Source of the DNA: a virus
Lineage: Duplodnaviria > Caudoviricetes
Length of the DNA: 39,160 nucleotides
Strand: one strand, 5' to 3'
Virus record (IMG/VR): IMGVR_UViG_3300020470_000058
Coordinates: 1-39,160 of that record
Below the pieces are notes generated by a model that saw only the letters and a program-made list of their open reading frames with translations, was not told the origin of the DNA and made no database searches. Positions 9,724-18,934 of this stretch are shown piece by piece. The position numbers were made by a program, and so were the translations under genes. The first letter of the stretch is position 1, and each line of letters begins with the position of its first letter.

Positions 9724-10533
9724 CTATCCGTAGAACTCCTGAACAATAACTATGCCTTCACGACCTCTGGCACCACGACTTCCGTGTCGTGCTCCATTAC
9801 CGCCAGCACCCCAGGCACAATGGGATTGGTGTCTATGAGCATAATTATTTTGCTGATAAGCACTTGGTTGTGATCCACCTATAAAGGATCTACCACCTGA
9901 GTGACTACCATGTGACCAATAGGATCCATAACCATGTCCACCTCCACCATATACGTTGAGGTTACCACCAGAACCATTACCACCTATACCACCTGCTCTA
10001 CCTTGTCTACAGTTAGCACCGTATCCACCTGATGCAGAGCAATAACTACCAAATGAGGATGAGTTACCTCCTCCTCCGCAACCTGAGTAACTGGTACCAC
10101 CACCTGGATTTCCTATCGAAACAGATACAGATGATACGTTAGTAACATCAATAACTCTCTCTGACATTCCACCAGCACCACCAGATTCACAGAACCCAGA
10201 TCCCCCGCCACCAGCACCTACAACTGTTACGATGATAGAGGTGCAATCATTAGGTCTAGTCCATGTACCATTAGATGTCCATGTTTGCATGGATCTAATA
10301 CCTCCACCAGCAGAGACATCCGACCATACATAACCAGATCCAGTTGATTTTAATGCTTTACCTGCGTTACCACCCATCGCTGGTACAACAAAAGTAGATC
10401 CTCCTAGGATCTGTCCGTTGATAATGATGTTTGATACTGTTAAGGTAGTAGTCGCAGTGATACTACCACCTGCAAGCATGAACCCCTGTGCTCCAGTTAA
10501 ATCTTTTAATGCTGATACTTTAAGTCCTGACAT
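9724..10533 (-). CDS. Gly-rich fibre-tip/adhesin-like virion protein, paralogue B
   Basis: Collinear with both neighbours; WTSNGTWTRP...VVGAGGGG, YAHRHQSHCAW. Confidence 0.75.
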   Translation of the reverse strand: MSGLKVSALKDLTGAQGFMLAGGSITATTTLTVSNIIINGQILGGSTFVVPAMGGNAGKALKSTGSGYVWSDVSAGGGIRSMQTWTSNGTWTRPNDCTSIIVTVVGAGGGGSGFCESGGAGGMSERVIDVTNVSSVSVSIGNPGGGTSYSGCGGGGNSSSFGSYCSASGGYGANCRQGRAGGIGGNGSGGNLNVYGGGGHGYGSYWSHGSHSGGRSFIGGSQPSAYQQNNYAHRHQSHCAWGAGGNGARHGSRGARGREGIVIVQEFYG

Positions 10534-10553
10534 AGTTGTTCAAACCTTGTAGT

Positions 10554-10561
10554 TATTTATC
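10554..10561 (-). promoter_or_regulatory. T4-type late promoter variant (GATAAATA)
   Basis: Overlaps the stop of paralogue A, about 20 nt upstream of the ATG at 10533. Confidence 0.6.
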
Positions 10562-11366
10562 CGTAGAATTCGTGTACTACCACGACTCCTTCTCGACCTC
10601 TGGCACCTCTTGAACCAAATCTGGCACCGTTTCCACCTGCACCCCACGCTGCGTGGGATTGATGTCTGTGAGCATAGTTAGCTTGCTGGTGAGACGAGGG
10701 TTGACTACCTCCCCAGTAACTAACACCACCACAGTGGTTACCATAAGAGTAGTGAGACCCATACCCATTACCTCCTCCACCGTATACATTTAAGGTTCCA
10801 CCAGATCCGTTACCACCGATTCCACCTGCACGTCCTTGACGACAGTTGGCACCATATCCACCTGATGCAGAGCAGTAAGATCCAAAAGAACTACTGTTGC
10901 CATTACCACCACATCCTGAATAACTCGTACCTCCACCTGGGTTACCTACAGTTACACTAACGGATGATATATTTGTAACATCTAACTGACGTTGAGAGGT
11001 ACCACCTGCACCTCCAGATTCACAGAATCCTGATCCTCCTCCACCAGCACCAGTAACAGTAATCATAACAGTGGTTACACCACTAGGTTTATACCACGTA
11101 CCATTATTAGTCCATACCTGCATGGATCTAACACCAGAAGCAGAGGTTAATGTGCCCCATGTTAGGTTAGATCCGTTATTAGATATGAATTCATCAGTAT
11201 GTCCTGATGGGTTGGGGAGAATGTAATTAGAAGATCCAGCGAGGGTACCATTAACTTCAACGTCGTTCACAGTTAATGTACCGTTGGCAGTGATGCCACC
11301 TGAAGAGAAGGTGAATCCACCTATTCCTCCCAAATCTTTAATAGCTCCCAGGTTTAACTGTGCCAT
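10557..11366 (-). CDS. Gly-rich fibre-tip/adhesin-like virion protein, paralogue A
   Basis: WTNNGTWYKPSGV...VTGAGGGG, YAHRHQSHAAW; GGAGG RBS at 11380-11384. Confidence 0.75.
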   Translation of the reverse strand: MAQLNLGAIKDLGGIGGFTFSSGGITANGTLTVNDVEVNGTLAGSSNYILPNPSGHTDEFISNNGSNLTWGTLTSASGVRSMQVWTNNGTWYKPSGVTTVMITVTGAGGGGSGFCESGGAGGTSQRQLDVTNISSVSVTVGNPGGGTSYSGCGGNGNSSSFGSYCSASGGYGANCRQGRAGGIGGNGSGGTLNVYGGGGNGYGSHYSYGNHCGGVSYWGGSQPSSHQQANYAHRHQSHAAWGAGGNGARFGSRGARGREGVVVVHEFYG

Positions 11367-11388
11367 GTTATACTCTTAACCTCCGAAG

Positions 11389-11396
11389 TATTTATA
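11389..11396 (-). promoter_or_regulatory. T4 late promoter TATAAATA
   Basis: Exact consensus (plus TATTTATA) in the intergenic gap upstream of 11366. Confidence 0.85.
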
Positions 11397-11400
11397 AACA

Positions 11401-12234
11401 TTAATGTAACCATAATGTCCAAGAATTTATATAACTGTACTCTCTATAAGCATCAGTTGTTCCCCATATCATATATGGTGGTTGAGAATTTGATCCTCTT
11501 TCATTACCAAACGATAATGGACCTATAGTTTGACTATAACCACCATTACCACTCCTAAGATTACCTGGATCAGTTATCAACCAGTTACCACTGGGACTAC
11601 CACTAGGATTACCATCCCATACCAATGACCAATATCCAGATCCATTATTCTGATAAGGTGAGTTGTTTATAATACCACTATAGTTCTGTGTGAAACTTCC
11701 AAAGTCAGCAGTATCACCACCACCTGCATTCATGCTGGCATTATAACGTGCCTTTGTCAATCGAGGTAAAGCACATCTAACAGTTGATAGAGAGTTACCA
11801 CCTTGGTGTGATTGGTTTCTACCAATTCTTAAGGTACCTTGATTGATAGTATCATGACTAGTACTAGTATCTGAGTTAGTGTTCCAAGCAGGAATTATTG
11901 AAGATGGACTTCCATATACAGTCCAAGGTATAGATCCATTGTTTGCTCCAAAGAATGAATCATCATACTCAACCCAACCTCTATCTCCTGTACCGAAACG
12001 ATCACTTGCATCATAATTTATCTCAAATGCTCCAGCATTAGCTATTTGAATCCAAACAGTTCCTGATGATGTATTTCCTGCTTCGTATGCATCCTTACCT
12101 GAATATGCAGGGTTACCAGGACTACTGCCACGTTGACCACCGCCACCGCCACCGCCTCCTCCAGCACCTCCACCAGCAGGTCGAGGTCCAGAAGCGGTTG
12201 GAATATAACCAGAGCTAAGTCCAAATCTTCCCAT
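11401..12234 (-). CDS. putative virion attachment protein with fibrinogen-related-like N-terminal module
   Basis: Poly-Gly linker, then GSSPGNPAYS...SGTVWI...NYD...GDRGW (degenerate SGxYW...YCD...GGW module), then a Ser/Asn/Trp-rich beta domain. Confidence 0.55.
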   Translation of the reverse strand: MGRFGLSSGYIPTASGPRPAGGGAGGGGGGGGGQRGSSPGNPAYSGKDAYEAGNTSSGTVWIQIANAGAFEINYDASDRFGTGDRGWVEYDDSFFGANNGSIPWTVYGSPSSIIPAWNTNSDTSTSHDTINQGTLRIGRNQSHQGGNSLSTVRCALPRLTKARYNASMNAGGGDTADFGSFTQNYSGIINNSPYQNNGSGYWSLVWDGNPSGSPSGNWLITDPGNLRSGNGGYSQTIGPLSFGNERGSNSQPPYMIWGTTDAYREYSYINSWTLWLH

Positions 12235-12236
12235 GA

Positions 12237-13103
12237 TTATCCATATTGTGCGGTTGTACCAAATATCAAGTACTCGTCAGTATCTTCACCTTCAGCAGGT
12301 ATTTTATCTATAATTGCTAAGGAAGTTACTAAGTAAGTTGTACCGTGAGATGGTGAACCACCACTCCAGTATACAGTATGACTAACACCATCTATTTGTA
12401 TAGTAGTTGGTGCTCCTGATGCTCCAGCATTTTCACAAATTATTGTTATGCCATAACCAGCACCATCACCTGTATTTGTATGGAATCCTGTTAGGTTAAA
12501 GGTAAAGTTACCACCACCAGTTCTATTGATATAGACTACGTTATTATCACCGTAGGGATGTGTGACATTACCACTAGTAGTATAGTATGTTATAGATTCT
12601 TTTGTCTCTCCAAAATGTAGGATACCACGTGATTTAAAGTCTTCTGTAATGATACTAGCAACTTCTAAGTTTGATGCATCTTGTCCACCAATAATGTTCC
12701 ATGTAGCACCAGTTTCAATCGTAACAGTAAAACCGTTTGCGATTGTAATAGGACCTCCACTAAATCCGTTGGTAAATTCTACACCACCGTTAGCAGTGGG
12801 ACCTATAGTTAAATTCTCTTCAATAGTAGTACCGTTAGTCCTAATGATACTATTCTCACCAACACTTGGACCACCTCCACCTACATCTGTCCATCCTGGC
12901 ACACCTTGAGCAGCATCTTGTTTATAGATCTGTGCCATGTCTTCGGTACTATTGTACACAATGGTACCATAGGCAGGAGCACCGAGAGCAGTTACTGCTG
13001 TCTGATTAAGAGCAGGTAGATTGAGTTGCTCTGTCAACTGTAGTGCCTCCATTATGGCACGAGTTGAAGCATCAATCTGATTTCCAATTATCTTGGTGGA
13101 CAT
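12237..13103 (-). CDS. short tail-fibre-like virion protein
   Basis: GTIVYNST...W..VGGG and NGFSGGPITIANGFTVTIETGATWNII fibre motifs; CTAAATA late box at 13123-13129. Confidence 0.65.
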   Translation of the reverse strand: MSTKIIGNQIDASTRAIMEALQLTEQLNLPALNQTAVTALGAPAYGTIVYNSTEDMAQIYKQDAAQGVPGWTDVGGGGPSVGENSIIRTNGTTIEENLTIGPTANGGVEFTNGFSGGPITIANGFTVTIETGATWNIIGGQDASNLEVASIITEDFKSRGILHFGETKESITYYTTSGNVTHPYGDNNVVYINRTGGGNFTFNLTGFHTNTGDGAGYGITIICENAGASGAPTTIQIDGVSHTVYWSGGSPSHGTTYLVTSLAIIDKIPAEGEDTDEYLIFGTTAQYG

Positions 13104-13125
13104 GTTTATCCTCTATTAATACTAT

Positions 13126-16100
13126 TTAGATAACAAGTTCACGAATTTGTATGTTGTCACCAGTCTGAGGTGTTGTGCCGACTGAGAAATCAACAGCATT
13201 ACCTGTTACTGTATAGTCTGTGCCTGGTCTCTGGCAAACACCATTTAAGAATACCATTAGAGAATAGGCAGTATGACCAGGAGATATAGCAAACGAAGTT
13301 GTCGTGCCATCACCTGAATACATTACACCATTATTACCATTATTTACACCAGTTGCGAGAGTATATTTATCTGCACAACCATACTTACCAGTTACATCAA
13401 TATCACCTGTAACCTTCACGTTACCTGTGATCTTCATTCTATTGTTTGCATCTGGTGCTTCACCAATACCATAATGAGTTACACCTGAATACCTCGTGGA
13501 AGTAATAGGTGCTGTGTCACTTAGACCAAACTTGTACCAAGTGCCAGAATCATATATCCATCCCATAAACGTACCTGGAGTCCAGTCTACGTTATAACAC
13601 AAGTCACCACTGTTATATGCTGCCCCTGCTGTTGTTACTGGGTTACCAGTACCATCATCCTCAGCAAGGAAAGTATTTCTTAAAACAGTACCATCATCGT
13701 TAGATAATGTAAAGTTAAGAGTCTGTAAGACATCCTGTGATGTTACTTTCTTCTGGAATGTAACAGGACCTGAGAATACAGATTCTAACTGGTTAGATGC
13801 ACCACCAATAACTGTTAGTTTATCAGTAAGCACAACTTCACTGAAGGTCTCAATAGTTGTACCTTCCTCACCCAACACGTTAAGTTGAGCAATATCTTCA
13901 TTGGTTATCTGACCTGTAACTGGGTTAATAACCTGGTTACCAACGAATAACTCACCATCACTGTTAACACCTGAGTAGTAAGCAACACCTGCTGACTCCT
14001 TAAGTGACTGTGATAGTCTAACTGCATCCTTACTTAATACCTCCACCTGTGTAGATGGGAATGCAGTTGAGTAGTTTCCTGGACCAAAACCTAGATACTC
14101 AAACGTGTGACCTGATGCTCTGAGAATTGAGTATCTTCGTAACTCACAGAGTATAGATTGTACTGAGTTATCAGCATTTAGTTTGAGTGCAATCTTTCTT
14201 TCTTCAGCATCACCTAACCTAGCAGTAACACTAATACCATTCAGTACGTTAGATGTAGTGTTATATCCTAAGTTATTCTCACTCTCTAGTAAGTAGAATT
14301 GAGATGTCTCTTTAGTGATACTTCTTTGTGTATCTTCATTAGGTGTAGGAGATGCACCATCAGTAGTAGTAACAACACCAAGTGTCTCATTACTTGCAAT
14401 ACATACCGATGCAGCAGGGTCTGCTACTGGGTTGTCTCTATCAAATGCAGGATAGAGATCAACTACAGGTTGTGAGAATGCGAAGTCATTAAAGTTAGAT
14501 GTTGATGGTGATACTGATGCATTGAGTAATGTCAAATAATAGATACCATCTTGCACACCTTTAATAAACTCTTGATATGTCTCTACACTGTATATGTAAT
14601 ATGTCTTACTATATGCTGGGCTATTGGTTTCACTACTTCGTGGTTGCAGTACAAAACCTGTAATGGGTGGTCTAGGTACGGGAAATGCGTCCTTATCAAG
14701 TGCATAGCGATACCTGTATATCCTATCAACCAAGTTTCTAGCATCGGGTATCCTCCTAATAAAGGTAGTAGGTGTGAATCCTAGATTCTGGTAAAGACTA
14801 TTTGCTTGTAGTGTGGTATAGATTGTATTAACAGATCCATCTACCTGAATATACCATTGACCATTTGCTGAATCCCATTTGATTGGTGATTCATCATCAC
14901 CTGCTTTTGTACCTGTTACTGTAGGACCTGATGGACTAACATCAGCGAAATGGGTAGTAGGTTCACTAGCACCACTGGCAATTAAGAGCACATATAGGCG
15001 ATCTGGGGTGTTAACGTCATCACGTCTAGCACCAATGGTATAGCCTTGGACTTTTGCTGGTGGTTTGCCAGTTTCTACTGTATAACCATATAAGAATAAT
15101 TTAGTAGGATCAGCAACACTACGAGTCTTATTAATATCAACCGTGATCCAGTTGATTGATATCTCCTCAACATCACTCAAAGATTTAGGTGGTATAACGT
15201 GAGTTAATTGCCCTGCCTTATCTTTCGTGAATGCTGCTGCTTTAAAGCCTTTAGATCGGAGAGAAGTGTTACCAAAGTTTGAGTTCGAGTTGGTAATCGA
15301 GAGGTCTCCTCCTGACTCAGAGAAGAAATGATCCCCGAATCCAACTGCGAAGACCGAGACGACCTGAATGAATGCGTCGTTGGATGCTTTGATGTGTCTG
15401 TGTCTCCACCCTTTACGATACTTTGCCAGTCCGTTAATGTGTGCACCAGATCCTGAAGCTTGCGGTTCATATGCTCCAGTAGTTTGGTTGTATAAGACGA
15501 ATGCTCTGTCATCTTTCTGAAGTGATATGCCAGTAAACTGGGCAACAACCATTGACTTGAAACCTGTTGCTTGACTACCGTCAGCATGCATACCATTAAT
15601 ACCCCACACCGATCTTAGAGAGCAGTTGAAGACATATGGTGAAGCAGAGTCAACTGTATCAATCTCGACCTTGACTAGTACGTTGCTACCTAGTGCGTTA
15701 CCTGATGGCTCAGCAGACATCTGGTACGTAAATTGGTTACCCTGTGCTGAGGTGACTAGGAATGATCCGTTATAAAGGAGAGCATCCTGATCAGTAGGAC
15801 CAGTAACACCAGAGATGTTAACTGCCACACCCACAGAGAATCCGTGGTTCTTGGGGTTACCAAGTTGGTCCACGGTAAATGCTGTTGCTGTTTGTCCATT
15901 TCTTATTATCTGTGATACAGCGAATTCATCAGAAATCGGACCTACAATTCTGTTTTCCTCAACCCTTGCCTGCATTTGGTCTTGAGAAACAATACCAGAT
16001 GTATCTGGGATAACTGCGTATCCTTTTGATATCTTCTGATAATATAACTCTAGATCTTCTACGTTAGCAAACTCAAAACATGTGAGTTTATGGTGTGAGA

Positions 16101-16698
16101 AGTTTGGAGCGATTTGTGCTAAATCATCACGATAATATACACCAGTGTTGTCACCATCAAAGAATGACATCTGCCAGAAATAGCATCCACCAGTTAGTTT
16201 GAATATACCAGCAGGGACAGGTTCGTTAGCAGCAGTTATTCCCAGAGATCCTTGTACTGTAGGATAAGGAACATACTTAGGTGTAATCTTCGTTCTTCTA
16301 AGGTCAGATCCAACAACGGAACAACCTCTTGGGACGATAATGCCACCACGAGTCGAATTGAATTTATAAAGTTCGTTTGAAGGTGATGTGAGATCAAAGT
16401 TAGTATTCTCGTTAAATGGTTGAATATTGTTATAGTCAGCAATACCTGGTCTATTATCCACCACATACTCAGATGGGTAGAGATAGATTGAGAATGCGTC
16501 AAATTCGTCGTTTGAAAGACCAACCCTATATGAAAATCTTGCTACTTCAAGGAATGCACGTTGTAACGTCTTAAACGGACGCAATGCAGAGTTACCTCGG
16601 TTATCATAAGCATCCGATGCATCAAAGTCGTCGGGGTTGACGTATATAATACGACCAGTCCTCGACGTTATGATATTTTTAAGACGTGTGAGTGCCAT
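13126..16698 (-). CDS. large cyanophage virion structural/fibre protein (1190 aa)
   Basis: IYVNP...D...NRGNS..RPFKTLQRA N-terminus typical of T4-like cyanophage fibres; HGFSVG..VNISGV domain; C-terminal GDGTTTSF...VFLNGVCQRPGTDYTV module. Confidence 0.8.
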   Translation of the reverse strand: MALTRLKNIITSRTGRIIYVNPDDFDASDAYDNRGNSALRPFKTLQRAFLEVARFSYRVGLSNDEFDAFSIYLYPSEYVVDNRPGIADYNNIQPFNENTNFDLTSPSNELYKFNSTRGGIIVPRGCSVVGSDLRRTKITPKYVPYPTVQGSLGITAANEPVPAGIFKLTGGCYFWQMSFFDGDNTGVYYRDDLAQIAPNFSHHKLTCFEFANVEDLELYYQKISKGYAVIPDTSGIVSQDQMQARVEENRIVGPISDEFAVSQIIRNGQTATAFTVDQLGNPKNHGFSVGVAVNISGVTGPTDQDALLYNGSFLVTSAQGNQFTYQMSAEPSGNALGSNVLVKVEIDTVDSASPYVFNCSLRSVWGINGMHADGSQATGFKSMVVAQFTGISLQKDDRAFVLYNQTTGAYEPQASGSGAHINGLAKYRKGWRHRHIKASNDAFIQVVSVFAVGFGDHFFSESGGDLSITNSNSNFGNTSLRSKGFKAAAFTKDKAGQLTHVIPPKSLSDVEEISINWITVDINKTRSVADPTKLFLYGYTVETGKPPAKVQGYTIGARRDDVNTPDRLYVLLIASGASEPTTHFADVSPSGPTVTGTKAGDDESPIKWDSANGQWYIQVDGSVNTIYTTLQANSLYQNLGFTPTTFIRRIPDARNLVDRIYRYRYALDKDAFPVPRPPITGFVLQPRSSETNSPAYSKTYYIYSVETYQEFIKGVQDGIYYLTLLNASVSPSTSNFNDFAFSQPVVDLYPAFDRDNPVADPAASVCIASNETLGVVTTTDGASPTPNEDTQRSITKETSQFYLLESENNLGYNTTSNVLNGISVTARLGDAEERKIALKLNADNSVQSILCELRRYSILRASGHTFEYLGFGPGNYSTAFPSTQVEVLSKDAVRLSQSLKESAGVAYYSGVNSDGELFVGNQVINPVTGQITNEDIAQLNVLGEEGTTIETFSEVVLTDKLTVIGGASNQLESVFSGPVTFQKKVTSQDVLQTLNFTLSNDDGTVLRNTFLAEDDGTGNPVTTAGAAYNSGDLCYNVDWTPGTFMGWIYDSGTWYKFGLSDTAPITSTRYSGVTHYGIGEAPDANNRMKITGNVKVTGDIDVTGKYGCADKYTLATGVNNGNNGVMYSGDGTTTSFAISPGHTAYSLMVFLNGVCQRPGTDYTVTGNAVDFSVGTTPQTGDNIQIRELVI

Positions 16699-16717
16699 TT
16701 AATAGTCCCTATTCAGT

Positions 16718-16725
16718 TATTTATT
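16718..16725 (-). promoter_or_regulatory. T4-type late promoter variant (AATAAATA)
   Basis: Intergenic, 20 nt upstream of the ATG at 16698. Confidence 0.65.
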
Positions 16726-16731
16726 TGTGGT

Positions 16732-18927
16732 CTAACCACCTGAACTTATCTTGGTCATGTTGACGACTTCATAGTCATCACTTGTTGTTTCAAATCCATT
16801 AAGGACGTAACTAATATCACCTGCTGAGGAATAAACTAGAAGGTTCTGACCAGGACCAACTATAATTGAAGTATTCTTATCTGTAGTATTTGCTGCTATA
16901 GAACTACCATAGAAGAAGTAATCTTCATCTGAATATATTCCAGTTGCATCGGTATGAATACCTGTGCTAATTGTACTAACATCAATCGTTAGGTTAGCAG
17001 CACCTCCACCACCTAATTGAGCATCATTAATTGTTAAGGTATCTGATGCTGCATGACCATATCCACCATTCAATAGTGTGACAGTCGCTGCACCTGATCC
17101 ATCAACCACCACAGTAACTTTAGTAGTTGCTAAGTCTCCAGACCCACCTGATGAGTTAGGTGAGATGTTAGTGTAAGTACCTGCTGTCCTTGATGCGTCA
17201 GCAGCACTAGGAGATCCTAATGACAATGCTTTACCTGTCCTCACTGTGGTTAAGGTACGAGTACCATTATTCAATGTAGGAGAGTCATAGAATGCATCAT
17301 TATTAGCAAAGTTTTGAGATCCTACACCTACAGTAACCTTAAGATGACATAATGATGCATCAAAATCTTGGACATATCCAAAAGGACCAACAGTAACACC
17401 ACTAGGTTGGATAGTTTGTGTAACATCAGCAATAGTGAATGTATCTGCTGCTGCTAATGTCTCACCTTTAACATCATATATGTAAACATCAGTATAAGTT
17501 GGGTCATCAACTATCTGTATAGACTGACCAACACCAGTTGTAGATCCAGCAGGTGTGCCATCTGCATAAAGGAATACCGATGCAGGTGTATCTGATGTAA
17601 CCTCAATAGATGTATATGCTCCAGCAGTACCAGCAGTACCTACCTTACTGACTCCAGCAGTATATTCAGTACCTGATCCATTAGTACCTTCAGCATCATC
17701 TGCTGAGAATTTAAGTGGATGGTTGTTGTTACTAGCATCAACTAAGTCAAACTTATATGTCCTTCCTTCATTGAATGATATAGCACTCAAACCCTGTGGG
17801 ACAAAATGATCAGTTGCTGCTACACCAGTTAATGAGAAAACATATCTGTTAGAAATAACTTGAGCAGTTGATGGGTCGAATCCCATAGTTGCAGTAGCAT
17901 TAGATGCTGCTCCAGTAATTTGCTCTGATTCAGACCAATAGTTTAAGAGGTATGTACCATTATTAGTTAATAGAGTTACGTTAACACCATCGTTGTGATC
18001 AACGTCAGCAGTACCAACACGTCCTCTAACAACAGTTAAGTCATTACCATTAACTTCACTGATCTGTAGTAATTCATTATCAACCTGAATAATACCACCA
18101 GAGGTAAATCCAGTTGAGTTAGCAACAGTCAGTGTGGTATCACCAGCAACATATGTCGCACCCTCAGCAATAGTGGTAACAGTAGCAGAAGCAGACCAAG
18201 CATTTACTGCACTACCAGCAGGAATTGCAGCACCAGTAGTACCTAGTTGTGCTCTTGTTATTGTTAACTCATTAGTTGTAGTATTAATTCCAGATACGTT
18301 AATCGTTGCAACCTCACCACCAACAAATGTGGAAGGATCTGTACCAATACTGAGATACATTCCATCAGCAAGACCAGTTGTCCTTGAAATCTGGACGCTA
18401 GTCGCTGCTGCTCCTGTATCTGTATACTGTGCAAAAATACCACTGGTACCATTCATACCACGGAATAAAGCAGTGAAACCTGATGTTGCTCCAGTCAGTG
18501 TCTCACCATTCTGTAAAGTACCAGCAAGACTATCTTCTCCTAGAGCCGTTGCACCTACAGATTTAGTCTGGACGTAGTAGTTAACATCAGCTGTTGGTTT
18601 AAATACATCTAAAATAGTAGCAGTAGCACCATTAGTAGTTGTAAATGTCGTACCAGGTATAGCATCCGAATCTTGGAAACCTGGGTTAAGAGTTATTTTA
18701 TACCCTGATATAGGATTACCCTTTGCAAACTTATATTCGGATGTATTTAATCCGTCTAAGTGCAATACTTGGTCATAATCCCTTAATGCTGCTCTATATG
18801 ACAATGCCCCACCACTTTGGTTACACACATTTAAAACTGTGCTACCACTGAGAGTAATCGGACATTTATATAGAACCGTATTTGTTGTTGCCCCAGGCTT
18901 ACTGGCGGCTAATCTTCCTGCTGTCAT
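16732..18927 (-). CDS. virion structural protein (Thr/Gly/Ala-rich, repeated beta domains)
   Basis: 731 aa; two LTI/VxR..GT repeats and a TYKFD...HPLKFS...EYTAGV module; lies in the late fibre cluster. Confidence 0.75.
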   Translation of the reverse strand: MTAGRLAASKPGATTNTVLYKCPITLSGSTVLNVCNQSGGALSYRAALRDYDQVLHLDGLNTSEYKFAKGNPISGYKITLNPGFQDSDAIPGTTFTTTNGATATILDVFKPTADVNYYVQTKSVGATALGEDSLAGTLQNGETLTGATSGFTALFRGMNGTSGIFAQYTDTGAAATSVQISRTTGLADGMYLSIGTDPSTFVGGEVATINVSGINTTTNELTITRAQLGTTGAAIPAGSAVNAWSASATVTTIAEGATYVAGDTTLTVANSTGFTSGGIIQVDNELLQISEVNGNDLTVVRGRVGTADVDHNDGVNVTLLTNNGTYLLNYWSESEQITGAASNATATMGFDPSTAQVISNRYVFSLTGVAATDHFVPQGLSAISFNEGRTYKFDLVDASNNNHPLKFSADDAEGTNGSGTEYTAGVSKVGTAGTAGAYTSIEVTSDTPASVFLYADGTPAGSTTGVGQSIQIVDDPTYTDVYIYDVKGETLAAADTFTIADVTQTIQPSGVTVGPFGYVQDFDASLCHLKVTVGVGSQNFANNDAFYDSPTLNNGTRTLTTVRTGKALSLGSPSAADASRTAGTYTNISPNSSGGSGDLATTKVTVVVDGSGAATVTLLNGGYGHAASDTLTINDAQLGGGGAANLTIDVSTISTGIHTDATGIYSDEDYFFYGSSIAANTTDKNTSIIVGPGQNLLVYSSAGDISYVLNGFETTSDDYEVVNMTKISSGG

Positions 18928-18934
18928 TTGTTAA

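Noticed and set aside
8918-10789. Similar alternate-frame ORFs 8918..9130 and 10577..10789
   Set aside because: Their similarity follows from paralogy of the host genes; no independent RBS or start evidence.
8898-11366. Diversity-generating retroelement (template/variable repeats)
   Set aside because: No reverse transcriptase in the window; all copies are intact genes and the differences I compared are largely synonymous, not adenine-specific.
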